DNA of 64,000 nt, from the IMG/VR virus record IMGVR_UViG_3300022752_000055, positions 1 through 64,000 of that record. One strand, 5' to 3'. This DNA is from a virus. A program made the translations under genes and the position numbers. Positions 20,125 to 30,708 of this stretch are shown piece after piece; position 1 is the stretch's first letter, and every line of letters begins with the position of its first letter. Under the pieces are notes generated by a model. That model had not been told where the DNA came from. It was given only the letters and a program-made list of their open reading frames with translations, and did no database searches.

Positions 20125-20361
20125 TTACCAAATCGTATTTGCAACACCTCTTTTTATTCCTGTGTCCCACTTCTCTCCTTTTAATCCCAACATATTCGCC
20201 GGTCCTCTTGCGGGTCCTCCCACAGTACCAGCCCATGTTGGCATTGCCTTTCCACTACCTCCACCTGCAGGTGCGGTGTCTTGTTCGGTAAATTCTTCTT
20301 TATCTACTGACTTTGCATTTTTTTTATAAAAACTAATTAAGTCGTCAACATTTAAATTCAT
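20125..20361 (-). CDS. hypothetical protein with RGPAN-like repeats
   Basis: ARGPAN and KRGVAN; TATTTAT upstream. Confidence 0.7.
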   Translation of the reverse strand: MNLNVDDLISFYKKNAKSVDKEEFTEQDTAPAGGGSGKAMPTWAGTVGGPARGPANMLGLKGEKWDTGIKRGVANTIW

Positions 20362-20409
20362 AATTAATAAATATTTTTGTTTTTGGAAAAAAATCAATAT
20401 CTTTGAGTT

Positions 20410-20928
20410 ATGAAAAATATAATTTTTATTTTGGTATTTTTATTAGTATCTTGTAGAACGTATGTTATGGAACGTTCGGACTTAACGTTAAGTGGTAAGT
20501 ATGTTGTGAGTAAACTTGAGGTAACGAGTGTAGACCAAAACACCACAAAAGATTCAATATATTCAATAGGTTCTGTATATGTAAACAATAACTACGGACA
20601 TCCATTTGATTCAATATCAATCAATAGATTTTACATTCATTTTGATTATTCGGTTGTCGCATTTAATATGTTAGGTGTAACTCAATTCGGTCAAGATATT
20701 TGGGAATATAAAAATATATTCTACAATGTTTGGTTTAATAACTCATTTTATTATGGAACTTTAGAATTTACGTATATAACAAGAAATGGTGAAACAAGGA
20801 GAATGATATTTTCTATTGAAGACGATGGATTTGAAAGTCTTCAATTGAAAAGTTCCGGATTTTGGCCGTATGGTGATTTAGGTGAGAAACAAGTTATGAC
20901 TCTTTATTTAACAAGAGTTGGTCCTTAA
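20410..20928 (+). CDS. lipoprotein
   Basis: MKNIIFILVFLLVSC lipobox; TATCTTTG at 20398-20405. Confidence 0.8.
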   Translation: MKNIIFILVFLLVSCRTYVMERSDLTLSGKYVVSKLEVTSVDQNTTKDSIYSIGSVYVNNNYGHPFDSISINRFYIHFDYSVVAFNMLGVTQFGQDIWEYKNIFYNVWFNNSFYYGTLEFTYITRNGETRRMIFSIEDDGFESLQLKSSGFWPYGDLGEKQVMTLYLTRVGP

Positions 20929-21230
20929 AGAATTTCTTTTTTTGGTAAAGAGTTTGGATTTACGGTATAATATTCATTTAGAAATGACATTAATTCTTCA
21001 TCATCTAATTCAATATCTTCATTAATTTCATATTCGTCATCGTCATCATCTTCATCATTAAAAAAATCTAATGATTCAACCACAATATCATAACCATATT
21101 CTAATACTAACGAATAATCAATTCTGTCCGTTCGACTTTCGTCTTCATCGTCTTCAATTGTTTTAAATGTAACATCTAAAATATTTTTTTCTAAATCTAG
21201 ATAATGATTTATAATTTCTTTAATTTCCAT
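20925..21230 (-). CDS. acidic hypothetical protein
   Basis: 101-aa ORF. Confidence 0.7.
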   Translation of the reverse strand: MEIKEIINHYLDLEKNILDVTFKTIEDDEDESRTDRIDYSLVLEYGYDIVVESLDFFNDEDDDDDEYEINEDIELDDEELMSFLNEYYTVNPNSLPKKEIL

Positions 21231-21314
21231 AACACATCTTTAATAAACAAATATCATTTAAAATTAAAAAATCCACATTTAGTGGATTATTTTAATAAAT
21301 TTATGTAAAAAATT

Positions 21315-22046
21315 TTAATTGTATTTGTTTAATCTATCAAACATTTCATTTATTTTATTTTTTTGTTCGATGAATGATTCAACTATATCTTCATCTACTA
21401 TCTCTTCCCATTCAATATCTTCAACATCTCCAACGTTTCTATCCATTCTACTAAATGCAGTATCTTTTTCTCCGTAATCTTCCAAATCATCAAATTCATC
21501 ACCATAATCGGTAAAATCATCGTAATCGTTTGTATCATAAAAACCTTCAGTCATGTCTTCTTCTTGCATTGGTCCGTCAGATACAAAATCATATGCCGGT
21601 TCCGCGTGTGAGTATAATGGTCCGTCAATTTCCTCATCAATCTCATCGTTAAATGCGGATTCCATTTTTTCGTAATCTTTATCGTCATCTTCATCCATTG
21701 CCACCGCCAAATTTGGGTCGCCATCCGCACTTACAGCCAATGCTAAATCTTCATCGTTATATTCATCTTCCTCATCAATTTCTTCCGTATAATCGAATTC
21801 ACCGGTAAAAGTGTCCTGAACGTCATCAAGTCCTTCGTTAATACCAAAATTTGTATATGGTTTAACGTTTCCTTTGTTTGTTACAACAAATCCTTCTTTA
21901 TCGTTTGCAAAATCTTGAACGTATAAGTCCTGAGTATTTGATACTGGTTGGTAAACTTGTTTATAACCGTTATATAATTCTCTGTGTTTATCTAAAATAT
22001 TAGATTTTTCTTTATTTGATAATTGTCCTAATGAATAAAAGTTCAT
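21315..22046 (-). CDS. highly acidic protein, possibly scaffold or internal-head type
   Basis: LSNKEKSNILDKH leader variant; D/E-rich body; TATTTATA upstream. Confidence 0.7.
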   Translation of the reverse strand: MNFYSLGQLSNKEKSNILDKHRELYNGYKQVYQPVSNTQDLYVQDFANDKEGFVVTNKGNVKPYTNFGINEGLDDVQDTFTGEFDYTEEIDEEDEYNDEDLALAVSADGDPNLAVAMDEDDDKDYEKMESAFNDEIDEEIDGPLYSHAEPAYDFVSDGPMQEEDMTEGFYDTNDYDDFTDYGDEFDDLEDYGEKDTAFSRMDRNVGDVEDIEWEEIVDEDIVESFIEQKNKINEMFDRLNKYN

Positions 22047-22137
22047 AATAATGATTTTATTATAAATATGCAACATTTTTTGTTTTTTGTTTGATAAGTA
22101 ATTAAATAATGACTACCTTTAAAAAAAATAACAAATT

Positions 22138-22356
22138 ATGCAAACACTTATCTTTGACAGCACACTAAAAACAGTTAAACTCTATGAAGGAGAACCGGAA
22201 AACAGTAAAATTTTAATTACTTTTGATGACGTACCTACGGTAAAATCATCTCAGGAAGGATTTTATGAGGTATATCAGCGACCTACGGAATATGCAAACT
22301 CAATACCTGTGGCAAGATTCCCAATTGCCAATACAAACATGTATATTAAAAAGTAA
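22138..22356 (+). CDS. hypothetical protein
   Basis: 72-aa ORF. Confidence 0.7.
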   Translation: MQTLIFDSTLKTVKLYEGEPENSKILITFDDVPTVKSSQEGFYEVYQRPTEYANSIPVARFPIANTNMYIKK

Positions 22357-22538
22357 TGCCGAACTTTGAAAAAATATTGAATGAGAATATCTCTCACGGT
22401 ATGATTCTTGACAGAGATGGGATTCTAAAAGCGCTAAAAATTTCTTATGAAATTGGTAAAGTGGAGATTTTAGAATCCCTCCTTTCTTTTGATATATCGG
22501 CAGAATTAAAAGAAAAAATTATTAAGGAATTATATTAA
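22356..22538 (+). CDS. hypothetical protein
   Basis: 60-aa ORF; TAATG stop/start overlap. Confidence 0.6.
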   Translation: MPNFEKILNENISHGMILDRDGILKALKISYEIGKVEILESLLSFDISAELKEKIIKELY

Positions 22539-23122
22539 ACAAAATTTCCGTAAAATTCCCACATTTTAGCCCCTAATCTCCTAATATAACTATTAATATT
22601 TTCAATTGAAAGTTCTTTTCCGTTATCTTGCAAATACTCCATTGTCCCTCTAATCATCATATGTTTAACCTCTTCGGCCATATCCAAAACTTCTTGGAAT
22701 GCTTCCTCATTAGGTGGATTTTCTCCGTAGTATCTATCAATGTGGTCTTTACCGGAATAAAGTAATGGTGACGCAGCGAACATATTAATGATTCCGCTTT
22801 CCCTAACTTTAATAAGAAATTTTCTTATTTTATTATATTTAAAATATTTTAATAAATCCCCATTATTTTCAAACCATTCTTCGGCAGATTCATCAATTGA
22901 TTTTTTTTTCGCAAATTTCCAAACATCATATTTTGATAAAATGTTTAATTTACTTCCATCATCCCAGTTAACCCCAATAATTTTATTTTCATTATCAAAT
23001 GGGTCTATTGTAATGTCAGTTACAACTCCTTGCATTCCTGAGTCAATACCATGCTTGTCTTCCATATGATATAGAATTATTCTATCACCAATATTTAATT
23101 CCGGATTTTTTGTATTTTTCAT
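22535..23122 (-). CDS. DUF4314-like domain fused to a second small domain
   Basis: GDRIILYHMED...GVV...VNWDDGSKLNI; VRESGIINMF. Confidence 0.6.
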   Translation of the reverse strand: MKNTKNPELNIGDRIILYHMEDKHGIDSGMQGVVTDITIDPFDNENKIIGVNWDDGSKLNILSKYDVWKFAKKKSIDESAEEWFENNGDLLKYFKYNKIRKFLIKVRESGIINMFAASPLLYSGKDHIDRYYGENPPNEEAFQEVLDMAEEVKHMMIRGTMEYLQDNGKELSIENINSYIRRLGAKMWEFYGNFV

Positions 23123-23155
23123 AACAATAAATATTATAATTATATTTATATAAAT

Positions 23156-23776
23156 ATGAACTTTTTAATAACAGAATCACAATTAAAATTTTTAGTTGAA
23201 GGAATTGGAAATCCAAGGGTTGTTGAATCTTTGAGAAAGATGAATTCATTCACAAACAGAATGGTTAATAAGGTTGGAAAAAAATACGGACTTAACTTAA
23301 GATTATTATCTACATGGGGTCCGGCGGTTGGGGGACTTGTTATGCCACTTGATAATTTTATTAAAACCGGCGATTTTACATTAGATGAGAATCAAACGGC
23401 ATTGATTTTATGTGGCACCGCGGCAACTTTATTTTTTGATAATAAACCTTTAATTAAGGAATTGATTTTAAAAATTAAAGAAGAGGGGATTGAGGAGTCG
23501 TTTAAAAAAGTATTACGTAAAGGTAAGGATTTAAAATATGCGTTTACAACATTTATTGAATCTTTAAATGTTACAATCAATAGTGCTTCCGAGATATTAT
23601 CTTATGCATTTTTATTACCAATTATTCCGGATATTCAAGGAGTAATTTCAAGAAGTGCGGATATTGGTAAGACGGCAATTTTAATTGGTGAAAGAATGGG
23701 TGCCTCAGGTTTGATTTTGATTAGTTCAGCGGCACTTATATCATTATTAAACAAGATATTAAAAAGATTATCTTAA
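23156..23776 (+). CDS. leader-bearing hydrophobic protein
   Basis: MNFLITESQLKFLVE. Confidence 0.75.
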   Translation: MNFLITESQLKFLVEGIGNPRVVESLRKMNSFTNRMVNKVGKKYGLNLRLLSTWGPAVGGLVMPLDNFIKTGDFTLDENQTALILCGTAATLFFDNKPLIKELILKIKEEGIEESFKKVLRKGKDLKYAFTTFIESLNVTINSASEILSYAFLLPIIPDIQGVISRSADIGKTAILIGERMGASGLILISSAALISLLNKILKRLS

Positions 23777-24211
23777 TCTCCTGTATCTGTAATTTTCATC
23801 CATAGTTTCTTCTTCAGGGTATAAATTTACAAGTTTATTACAAAAAACCGGATAGTCCTGTCCCCAATATTCTAGAAAATTTTCTAAAACTACATCAATA
23901 TCATTACATAATCTCAAATAAAAAGTGGATTGGTTAATTGAACTTGGATTGTTAATGACTTTTTCACCGGGTATTATATTTTTCATAACTTTATCAGTAT
24001 CCTCATCTCCCGATGGAACTATATATATTGTATACATAAGGTATTTTATATATTGTCCCATTCTTATTAACTCCCTAAAATCTGTTAATTCAACTTTTAT
24101 TGTTATTGGATAAAAATTATCAATCAAAGGATAATTAACACTAAATGTGTGGGTTTTAAGAAATCTATTAACTCTTGCCAATAATTTATCTTGCGAAAAT
24201 TCATTTTCCAT
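23768..24211 (-). CDS. hypothetical protein
   Basis: 147-aa ORF; TATTTATA upstream. Confidence 0.7.
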   Translation of the reverse strand: MENEFSQDKLLARVNRFLKTHTFSVNYPLIDNFYPITIKVELTDFRELIRMGQYIKYLMYTIYIVPSGDEDTDKVMKNIIPGEKVINNPSSINQSTFYLRLCNDIDVVLENFLEYWGQDYPVFCNKLVNLYPEEETMDENYRYRRLR

Positions 24212-24295
24212 ATCACTATAAATACTAAAAAAAATAATAAGTGATTTGGTTGATTGAAACTTTTAATTTTCTTATTTTTTTAAAAAACATATTGT

Positions 24296-25372
24296 ATGCC
24301 AAGAATAGATGATTTAAAAAAACAACACCCCCAATTTAACATAACTTATTTAGATGTTATTAAGAGATTAGACATTTCAAAAACAGGTAAATATTCACCT
24401 GTAATATCACATATGATTAATGAAATCATAGGAAAAAGAATTACACATAAAAACGAGATTGATTCGGTAAAATCAAGATGTGATGAGTATGGTTTTGATT
24501 ATAAAGGATTGAATGATTATGAACTAGCAACTTCATACACAATATTAGATTATATTATTGGTAAAGATTGGGAGACTATGAGAGAATTTATGGATTATAT
24601 GGAGAGAGGTGTTATTGAAAATAAAGATGTCTTAACATATAAGAATATGGAAGATATTAGAGGTGCCGTATCAACCGCAACTTTAAAATTGTATTCAAAA
24701 GAACTTGAATCGCAAGTTCATAAAGAATTTGAAGATGATACTTGGGTTGCGGTTAGACCACTTTCATTTGACGCATCATCAAGATATGGTTCATCTACCA
24801 AATGGTGCACCACATACAAAAAAGAGAAAGAATATTTTGCAAAATATTTTTCAAGAGGGGTTTTGGTTTATTTTATCAATAAAATTACGGGTTATAAGTT
24901 CGCATTATTTAGCGAAGTTTATGAATTAAATAACGATATTTCGTTTTGGAATGCTGAAGATACAAGAGTTGATTTTTTACAATTAGATATTGAACCATAT
25001 CTTTTACCAATTATTAAAAACTTGGCAATGTCTAAAATTAAAAATAGTGATATGTTAAAATATGATGAGTTGGAAAAGGTTTATAATGATTGTGATTATC
25101 GTCGTAGTGTACCATTGTCGGCGGTTGAGAATCCCCCTCAACAAGACGAAGCTGAAGTCGCTCCACCACTTATGGCTTACACAGGAGATGTGGTTAATCT
25201 TACGATGGAGAGCGTATATGTGAATCCTAGTGTAAGACGGGGTTTGAGTTTAGTTACCAATGAATCCGGGGAAGATGAATTAGTTGCGGGTGATTATATT
25301 ATGTATGAAAATCCCCCTCATACCGATATGTTAGATGAAAGTGATTACATCGTCTCTCTAACAAGAGGATAA
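24296..25372 (+). CDS. hypothetical protein with a YGxxTKWC domain
   Basis: VRPLSFDASSRYGSSTKWCTT. Confidence 0.8.
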   Translation: MPRIDDLKKQHPQFNITYLDVIKRLDISKTGKYSPVISHMINEIIGKRITHKNEIDSVKSRCDEYGFDYKGLNDYELATSYTILDYIIGKDWETMREFMDYMERGVIENKDVLTYKNMEDIRGAVSTATLKLYSKELESQVHKEFEDDTWVAVRPLSFDASSRYGSSTKWCTTYKKEKEYFAKYFSRGVLVYFINKITGYKFALFSEVYELNNDISFWNAEDTRVDFLQLDIEPYLLPIIKNLAMSKIKNSDMLKYDELEKVYNDCDYRRSVPLSAVENPPQQDEAEVAPPLMAYTGDVVNLTMESVYVNPSVRRGLSLVTNESGEDELVAGDYIMYENPPHTDMLDESDYIVSLTRG

Positions 25373-25401
25373 GTTTCAACTTTACCGGATATTTATTTGA
25401 T

Positions 25402-26169
25402 ATGCAAAATCTGCAAGAATTATACGACAAATACCAAGTAACGGAAAAAAACATATCAACAGGTAATTTATCCCGACTTGAAAAAACAATAACTGAATTA
25501 GATAAGTTAGATAAGGTGTTATTATTAGCCTGCTCCAACAGATATAATTGGGATAAGGATGATGTTGATATACCAAAATCAACAATTATTGCAATGATAA
25601 TTCAGGAAGCTCTTGGAGATAAGGCAACTCTAATTGATGTTCCTGAATTAACCATTCATCCTTGCGAAGGTAATGTTTCAAGAAAAGATGGAAACTCCTG
25701 TGGTTTGAAAAAAGCACTACTTAAAGACGATAAAAAAAATCCATCAGGACTTCATAGATGTTGGGCTAGTCTTAACAATAATGATGACGAACTTTGGAGA
25801 ATCTCAAAAGAATTGTTTGAATCAAACGCGGTTATATTTTTTACTTCCGTAAGATGGGGACAAGCAAGTATGTTCTACCAAAAACTTATTGAGAGATTAA
25901 CTTGGTTGGAAAATAGACACGCAACTCTTGGTGAATCAAATGTGATTAAAGATATTGAAAGTGGTTTTATTTGCACCGGACAGAACTGGCACGGGTTAGA
26001 TGTTGTTGAGACTCAAAGAAAAGTTCATTCTTTTTATGGTTTCAAACCTAACGATAAGTTTTATTGGAATTGGCAATACACAAATAAGAGCACTGATGAA
26101 ACTCAAACATCTTATAAAGATTCGTTTGGGGCTTTCGCCAAAAAGTTTGGATTAGATAAGTTATATTAA
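25402..26169 (+). CDS. flavodoxin-fold / NADPH-dependent FMN reductase-like protein
   Basis: LLLACSNR...KST; IHPCEG; ESNAVIFFTSVRWGQ...KLIERL. Confidence 0.75.
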   Translation: MQNLQELYDKYQVTEKNISTGNLSRLEKTITELDKLDKVLLLACSNRYNWDKDDVDIPKSTIIAMIIQEALGDKATLIDVPELTIHPCEGNVSRKDGNSCGLKKALLKDDKKNPSGLHRCWASLNNNDDELWRISKELFESNAVIFFTSVRWGQASMFYQKLIERLTWLENRHATLGESNVIKDIESGFICTGQNWHGLDVVETQRKVHSFYGFKPNDKFYWNWQYTNKSTDETQTSYKDSFGAFAKKFGLDKLY

Positions 26170-26201
26170 GCCAATCAATATTTTTTATGAATTTGTTTGG
26201 C

Positions 26202-26498
26202 TTAATATAGAGGTCTTTTGTTCCATTGAATACTAATAAGTTTACGAACACCTAACATTTTTAAAAAATCTTTCACATCACCATTAATTTTTTTAACATA
26301 GTAACTATTAGGTAAATCTGGATTAATATCCAAAAATACATTTAATTCTTCCGGTAAATTTTCTTTTGGTTTTATATCATAAATTGATATCGTTATTGGT
26401 TCATAATCTTCTTGTGATGCAAATTCTTTATTCACACTTGGGGTTACCATAGTATCCAAATATATTCTCAAAAATTTTTTTAATTTACTAATTTCCAT
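26202..26498 (-). CDS. hypothetical protein
   Basis: ORF directly after 26501-26893. Confidence 0.65.
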   Translation of the reverse strand: MEISKLKKFLRIYLDTMVTPSVNKEFASQEDYEPITISIYDIKPKENLPEELNVFLDINPDLPNSYYVKKINGDVKDFLKMLGVRKLISIQWNKRPLY

Positions 26499-26500
26499 AA

Positions 26501-26893
26501 TTACCAAGTTCTACACGCCCAATACCTTGCCTTCCAACGAGGCCCCGGATTTTCGCAGTTATGTCTCGCTCTAAATGACTTTCTTCTTGCAGGATTGTTC
26601 TTTTTAATAGTCATTCTTTTTCCGTGTGCTGATTTACCACCAAACCCGAAATTAACTTTAACAACATTTCCTTTGTCGTTTTTAACATACACCTTGAATT
26701 TTTTTATATCTCCCTGCATAATCTTACCCAACTGAACTTTTCTTCCTTTATATTCTGCTTCATTCAAACTATTATCGTCTGCAATAAAATCAGTCATTTC
26801 GGTTGAGCCATATTCATCTTCATAGATTATATTAATTTGTGAAACATAATATTCATTCAATATATCCTTAATAATAAAATTTAAATTTCCCAT
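26501..26893 (-). CDS. conserved phage basic protein
   Basis: KKFKVYV...VNFG...RRKSFRARHNC...ARYWAC..W, preceded by an acidic propeptide ending LNE. Confidence 0.75.
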   Translation of the reverse strand: MGNLNFIIKDILNEYYVSQINIIYEDEYGSTEMTDFIADDNSLNEAEYKGRKVQLGKIMQGDIKKFKVYVKNDKGNVVKVNFGFGGKSAHGKRMTIKKNNPARRKSFRARHNCENPGPRWKARYWACRTW

Positions 26894-26933
26894 GTGTTGG
26901 ATTTTATAAATAAATACTCCTATATTTCACAAT

Positions 26934-27131
26934 ATGAAATTATTTTTTACCTTTTTGGTTCTAGTTAGTAAAATTTACTTGGGAGCAAGAATCCTATGGT
27001 GGGTTTTTTTAAAATTCACTTCACCTGAATTACATAGTTTTAGTGAAATTGAAGCATACGTCGTTCTTTTAATTTTCGATATGTGGATTGGAGGACAGAA
27101 TGTTGAAATTGAAAAAGTAAAGGAACCTTAA
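26934..27131 (+). CDS. small two-TM membrane protein
   Basis: Hydrophobic 65-aa ORF just upstream of the endolysin; holin role possible but unproven. Confidence 0.55.
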   Translation: MKLFFTFLVLVSKIYLGARILWWVFLKFTSPELHSFSEIEAYVVLLIFDMWIGGQNVEIEKVKEP

Positions 27132-27189
27132 ATTTAATTATTATTCATTTTAAGTATTTATTGTTAAATAAACACAAAAATATTTAACA

Positions 27190-27999
27190 ATGTTATTAAA
27201 AAATGGTTCAAAAGGAGATGACGTTAAAAAACTCCAACAAAAATTAGGTCTAACTGCTGATGGTAGTTTTGGTCCTGGCACAGAAGGTGCCGTTAAAAAA
27301 TGGCAAACAGAAAATGGTTTAACTGCTGACGGAATCGTTGGTGATGGAACTTGGAACAAAATGTTTGGTTCTGTAATTAAAGAAGATGTTGTAATCCCAA
27401 CCGGAGGTTCTTTAAAAATTGAAAAATTAAAAGGACATATCCCGGATTCGGTAATTGCAATGATTCCTGAAACCGCTGCAAAATTTGGAATAGATACTCC
27501 GTTGAAATTGGCACATTTTTTAGCACAATGCGGTCACGAATCGGGAGGATTTAAAATCACCAAAGAGAATTTAAACTATTCTGTTGACGGATTAAAAAAA
27601 GTGTTTCCAAAGTATTTTCCCGGTAATCTTGCAGAATCATACGCAAAGAAACCGGAAAAAATCGCAAACAAAGTTTATGGTAACAGAATGAAAAATGGTG
27701 ATGAAGCATCGGGTGATGGATGGAAATTTCACGGCCGTGGGTTCATACAATTGACCGGTAATGAAAATTATCAAGCGTTTGGTAAATCAATCAACGAAGA
27801 CATTACTTCAAATCCTGACTTGGTTGCAACAAAATATCCATTATTATCTGCCGCTTGGTTCTTTACAAGATGTTTACCAAAATGTGTTGACTCATCGGTC
27901 GCATCAGTAAAAGCCGTTACAAGATGTGTTAATGGTGGTGAAATTGGGTTGGACGATAGAATTAAACATTTTAACGAGTATTATAAATTACTATCGTAA
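27190..27999 (+). CDS. endolysin: PG-binding domain plus glycoside hydrolase family 19
   Basis: LKNGSKGDDVKKLQ..L...DG.FG; AHFLAQCGHESGGF; GRGFIQLTG; VNGG..GL.DR. Confidence 0.92.
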   Translation: MLLKNGSKGDDVKKLQQKLGLTADGSFGPGTEGAVKKWQTENGLTADGIVGDGTWNKMFGSVIKEDVVIPTGGSLKIEKLKGHIPDSVIAMIPETAAKFGIDTPLKLAHFLAQCGHESGGFKITKENLNYSVDGLKKVFPKYFPGNLAESYAKKPEKIANKVYGNRMKNGDEASGDGWKFHGRGFIQLTGNENYQAFGKSINEDITSNPDLVATKYPLLSAAWFFTRCLPKCVDSSVASVKAVTRCVNGGEIGLDDRIKHFNEYYKLLS

Positions 28000-28018
28000 T
28001 AAAAAATTAAATTACTTT

Positions 28019-28056
28019 AAAAGACCCACAAAATACTTTGATGGGTCTTTTTTTTT
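28019..28056 (+). terminator. terminator after the endolysin
   Basis: AAAAGACCCA...TGGGTCTTTT with a long T tail. Confidence 0.75.
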
Positions 28057-28082
28057 AACTATCTTTATAAAAAAGAAAAATT

Positions 28083-28595
28083 ATGAGGAACTTTATCACA
28101 TTTTTAAAAAACATATGGGCGTTTCGTAAATCACTTTGGAAATTTAGATGGTGGGATTATCATTTCACATTAGATATGATGAAAACTTCTCTAAAAATAA
28201 TGTCCGACACCCTTGAAACGAAAGGTATTGAGGTTGATAGACCAAGATTGAAAAAAGTTGCCAAAATGAGAAGAGCAATTGAGATTATGAATAATCTTGA
28301 AGGAATTCAACATATAGAAACGGCGGAAAAAGAACTTGGCGAATTATTTAACGAACCATTTGAATTTAAAGATTCTGAGACTCATCACGGCTCGTATGAG
28401 TTAGTTGATAGACTTACTCCCGAACAAAAAGAACATAATACAAAAGTATATGCAAGAGCGAATGAAATAGAGGAACAAGAATGGGCGGAACTTTGGGAAA
28501 TATTTAAAGGACAAGATAATGCCAAGTATAGTCCTTTTATTGGTGAATGGGATGATTGGTTTGATGGAACCGGAATGAGGTCTTGGTGGGATTAA
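28083..28595 (+). CDS. hypothetical protein
   Basis: 170-aa ORF; RWWDY and terminal SWWD motifs. Confidence 0.8.
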   Translation: MRNFITFLKNIWAFRKSLWKFRWWDYHFTLDMMKTSLKIMSDTLETKGIEVDRPRLKKVAKMRRAIEIMNNLEGIQHIETAEKELGELFNEPFEFKDSETHHGSYELVDRLTPEQKEHNTKVYARANEIEEQEWAELWEIFKGQDNAKYSPFIGEWDDWFDGTGMRSWWD

Positions 28596-28615
28596 AAATT
28601 AAATAAATTTATAAT

Positions 28616-28774
28616 ATGTGGAAAGTATATTTAACAATGTTTGTAATTACGGGAATTATTTCTTACCTTTGGGTCAGAGGAATTGATAATATGAAAAAAA
28701 ACAACCCCGATTATAAGGGTGATGACTTTTTAAAATTAGAAAATGATGAAGACGACAAAAATAACATTTATTAG
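28616..28774 (+). CDS. small membrane protein (not in the ORF track)
   Basis: MWKVYLTMFVITGIISYLWVRGIDNMKKNNPDYKGDDFL... Confidence 0.6.
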   Translation: MWKVYLTMFVITGIISYLWVRGIDNMKKNNPDYKGDDFLKLENDEDDKNNIY

Positions 28775-29429
28775 TGATACACACGGAAAACACGAATATC
28801 TCACAAGTAAGAGAATGGGAAACATTCTTGGGAGTGGTGATATTTTAATCCACTGTGGAGATGTAAGTAATACCGGAAAATCACACGAAATAAAGGAGTT
28901 TTTAGATTGGTTTAGTAATACCGACTTTACTCACAAGGTGTTTATCGCAGGAAATCACGACTTCGGGTTTCAGTTAGTAAACACGATTGAGCCTGAATAT
29001 ATTGAGAAAGGAGTTCATTATCTTTTTGATAGTAGTGTTGAAATTGATGGGATAAAGATTTATGGTAGTCCTTGGCAACCTCAATTTTATGATTGGGCGT
29101 TCAATCTTCCAAGAGGTGAAAAACTTGCTGAAAAGTGGGCGAAAATACCCGGTAATACTGATATTCTTATCACTCACGGACCAGCGTTTAGAATGTTAGA
29201 CCACACCATACAAGGACAAATGGTTGGATGCGAAGATTTATTCAACAGAATTATGGATATAAAACCAAAAATTCACGCTTGCGGACACATACATTGGGCT
29301 TACGGACAAAAGAGTTTTAATGATGTTGATTTTATCAATGCCGCAGTTCTTAACGAAAGATACGAGCACGAAAACAAACCTATTGTAATAAATTATGATA
29401 CCGAAACAAAAGAATTTGAATATGAATAA
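28743..29429 (+). CDS. calcineurin-like metallophosphoesterase
   Basis: ISDTH, HCGD, AGNHD, THGP and GHIH motifs. Confidence 0.92.
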   Translation: MMKTTKITFISDTHGKHEYLTSKRMGNILGSGDILIHCGDVSNTGKSHEIKEFLDWFSNTDFTHKVFIAGNHDFGFQLVNTIEPEYIEKGVHYLFDSSVEIDGIKIYGSPWQPQFYDWAFNLPRGEKLAEKWAKIPGNTDILITHGPAFRMLDHTIQGQMVGCEDLFNRIMDIKPKIHACGHIHWAYGQKSFNDVDFINAAVLNERYEHENKPIVINYDTETKEFEYE

Positions 29430-29829
29430 TAAATTATTTTTGGATGATGTAAGAAATCCTATTGATTGTATTTTATACATAAAAGATAAGATTTATGCTG
29501 AAGAATGGGATATAGTTAGAAACTATAACGAATTTATTAACTATATTACAGAAAATGGTATACCTGATTTAATATCATTCGACCACGACTTGGCGGACGA
29601 ACATTATCACCCATCTATGTTTAATAATGATAGTGCCATATATAATGATAGACGGGAACACTTCAAAGAAAAAACCGGATATGATTGTGCCAAATGGTTA
29701 TGTGATTATTGTTCTCAAAACGGATTACCTTTACCAACATACTTGGTTCATTCCATGAACCCGGTTGGTCGGGATAATATCTTGGGGGTTTTAAAAACTT
29801 TTGAAAGATTTGAAAAAAGGGTGAAGTAA
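29422..29829 (+). CDS. cyclic-phosphate-processing receiver-like domain protein
   Basis: LFLDDVR, ISFDHDL, TGYDCAKWL, VHSMNPVG. Confidence 0.8.
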   Translation: MNNKLFLDDVRNPIDCILYIKDKIYAEEWDIVRNYNEFINYITENGIPDLISFDHDLADEHYHPSMFNNDSAIYNDRREHFKEKTGYDCAKWLCDYCSQNGLPLPTYLVHSMNPVGRDNILGVLKTFERFEKRVK

Positions 29830-29858
29830 TTTTCACCTTTTTTTTATATTTATTGATT

Positions 29859-30476
29859 ATGGAAGATATAAGTTTATTTCACAACTATCCAAAAAAACAT
29901 TTAGCATTTATCATAAGTGAGCTCATTAAGAAAGATTTTGATTTTGAGAATCCGTACTCGGATGATGATAATATAAACATTCTTGACGAAGCGGTAGAAC
30001 CATTTGGAGAATCCATATCAGATATTGATATGGAGTTTTTTGCAAAGATAATTAGAGACGATAAGGAATTAGCAATTGAAATTGCAAACTCAAAACCAAG
30101 CAAATCTTTATATGAAAGATTGGAAATACCGAAAGTAGACAAATACAACGTTAATTGGAAAGAAACCGGTTCTTGTACTTATGTAAGATATTTTAGAGAT
30201 ACTTGGGCCTCATACGATGAAAATTGGGTTGAATTAGCAATTGATAGTGCAAATAATGAAGGAACATATTATAAATTTGATGCGGAATATGATGCTGATT
30301 ATGAGAATTTTGATATGTATGATGACACTTACACAAGTATTGAAAAAATCACAGAAACAAAACAATCAGGGATTGATAAACTTGTTATTGAAAATACAAG
30401 TTATGCGATAGATTCACTTGATAGAAAATCTTTAATAATCCTTAAAAGTATAATTGATAAAAAGTTAGGACTTTAA
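29859..30476 (+). CDS. hypothetical protein
   Basis: ORF preceded by a terminator (29813-29845) and TATTTAT. Confidence 0.7.
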   Translation: MEDISLFHNYPKKHLAFIISELIKKDFDFENPYSDDDNINILDEAVEPFGESISDIDMEFFAKIIRDDKELAIEIANSKPSKSLYERLEIPKVDKYNVNWKETGSCTYVRYFRDTWASYDENWVELAIDSANNEGTYYKFDAEYDADYENFDMYDDTYTSIEKITETKQSGIDKLVIENTSYAIDSLDRKSLIILKSIIDKKLGL

Positions 30477-30683
30477 CTTATTTTTTTGGTCTGCAAGGTC
30501 CCCTAACGTCATTTTTTTCTGTTTCCAAGGATTGAAACTCCTCTTCCACTTATATTCCACGTTTATAGGTCCATAAGGGTTCTTATTTAAGTCATATTTC
30601 CAAATTGAAGTACATTCGTCATCTTCATAGATGCGTTCAAATTTGGTGGGTTTCTCTACTTTTGGGTTGATTGATACTGCCAT
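30465..30683 (-). CDS. hypothetical protein
   Basis: TATCTTTG promoter at 30690-30697. Confidence 0.7.
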   Translation of the reverse strand: MAVSINPKVEKPTKFERIYEDDECTSIWKYDLNKNPYGPINVEYKWKRSFNPWKQKKMTLGDLADQKNKLKS

Positions 30684-30708
30684 AGAATACAAAGATAAGG
30701 AAAATTAA

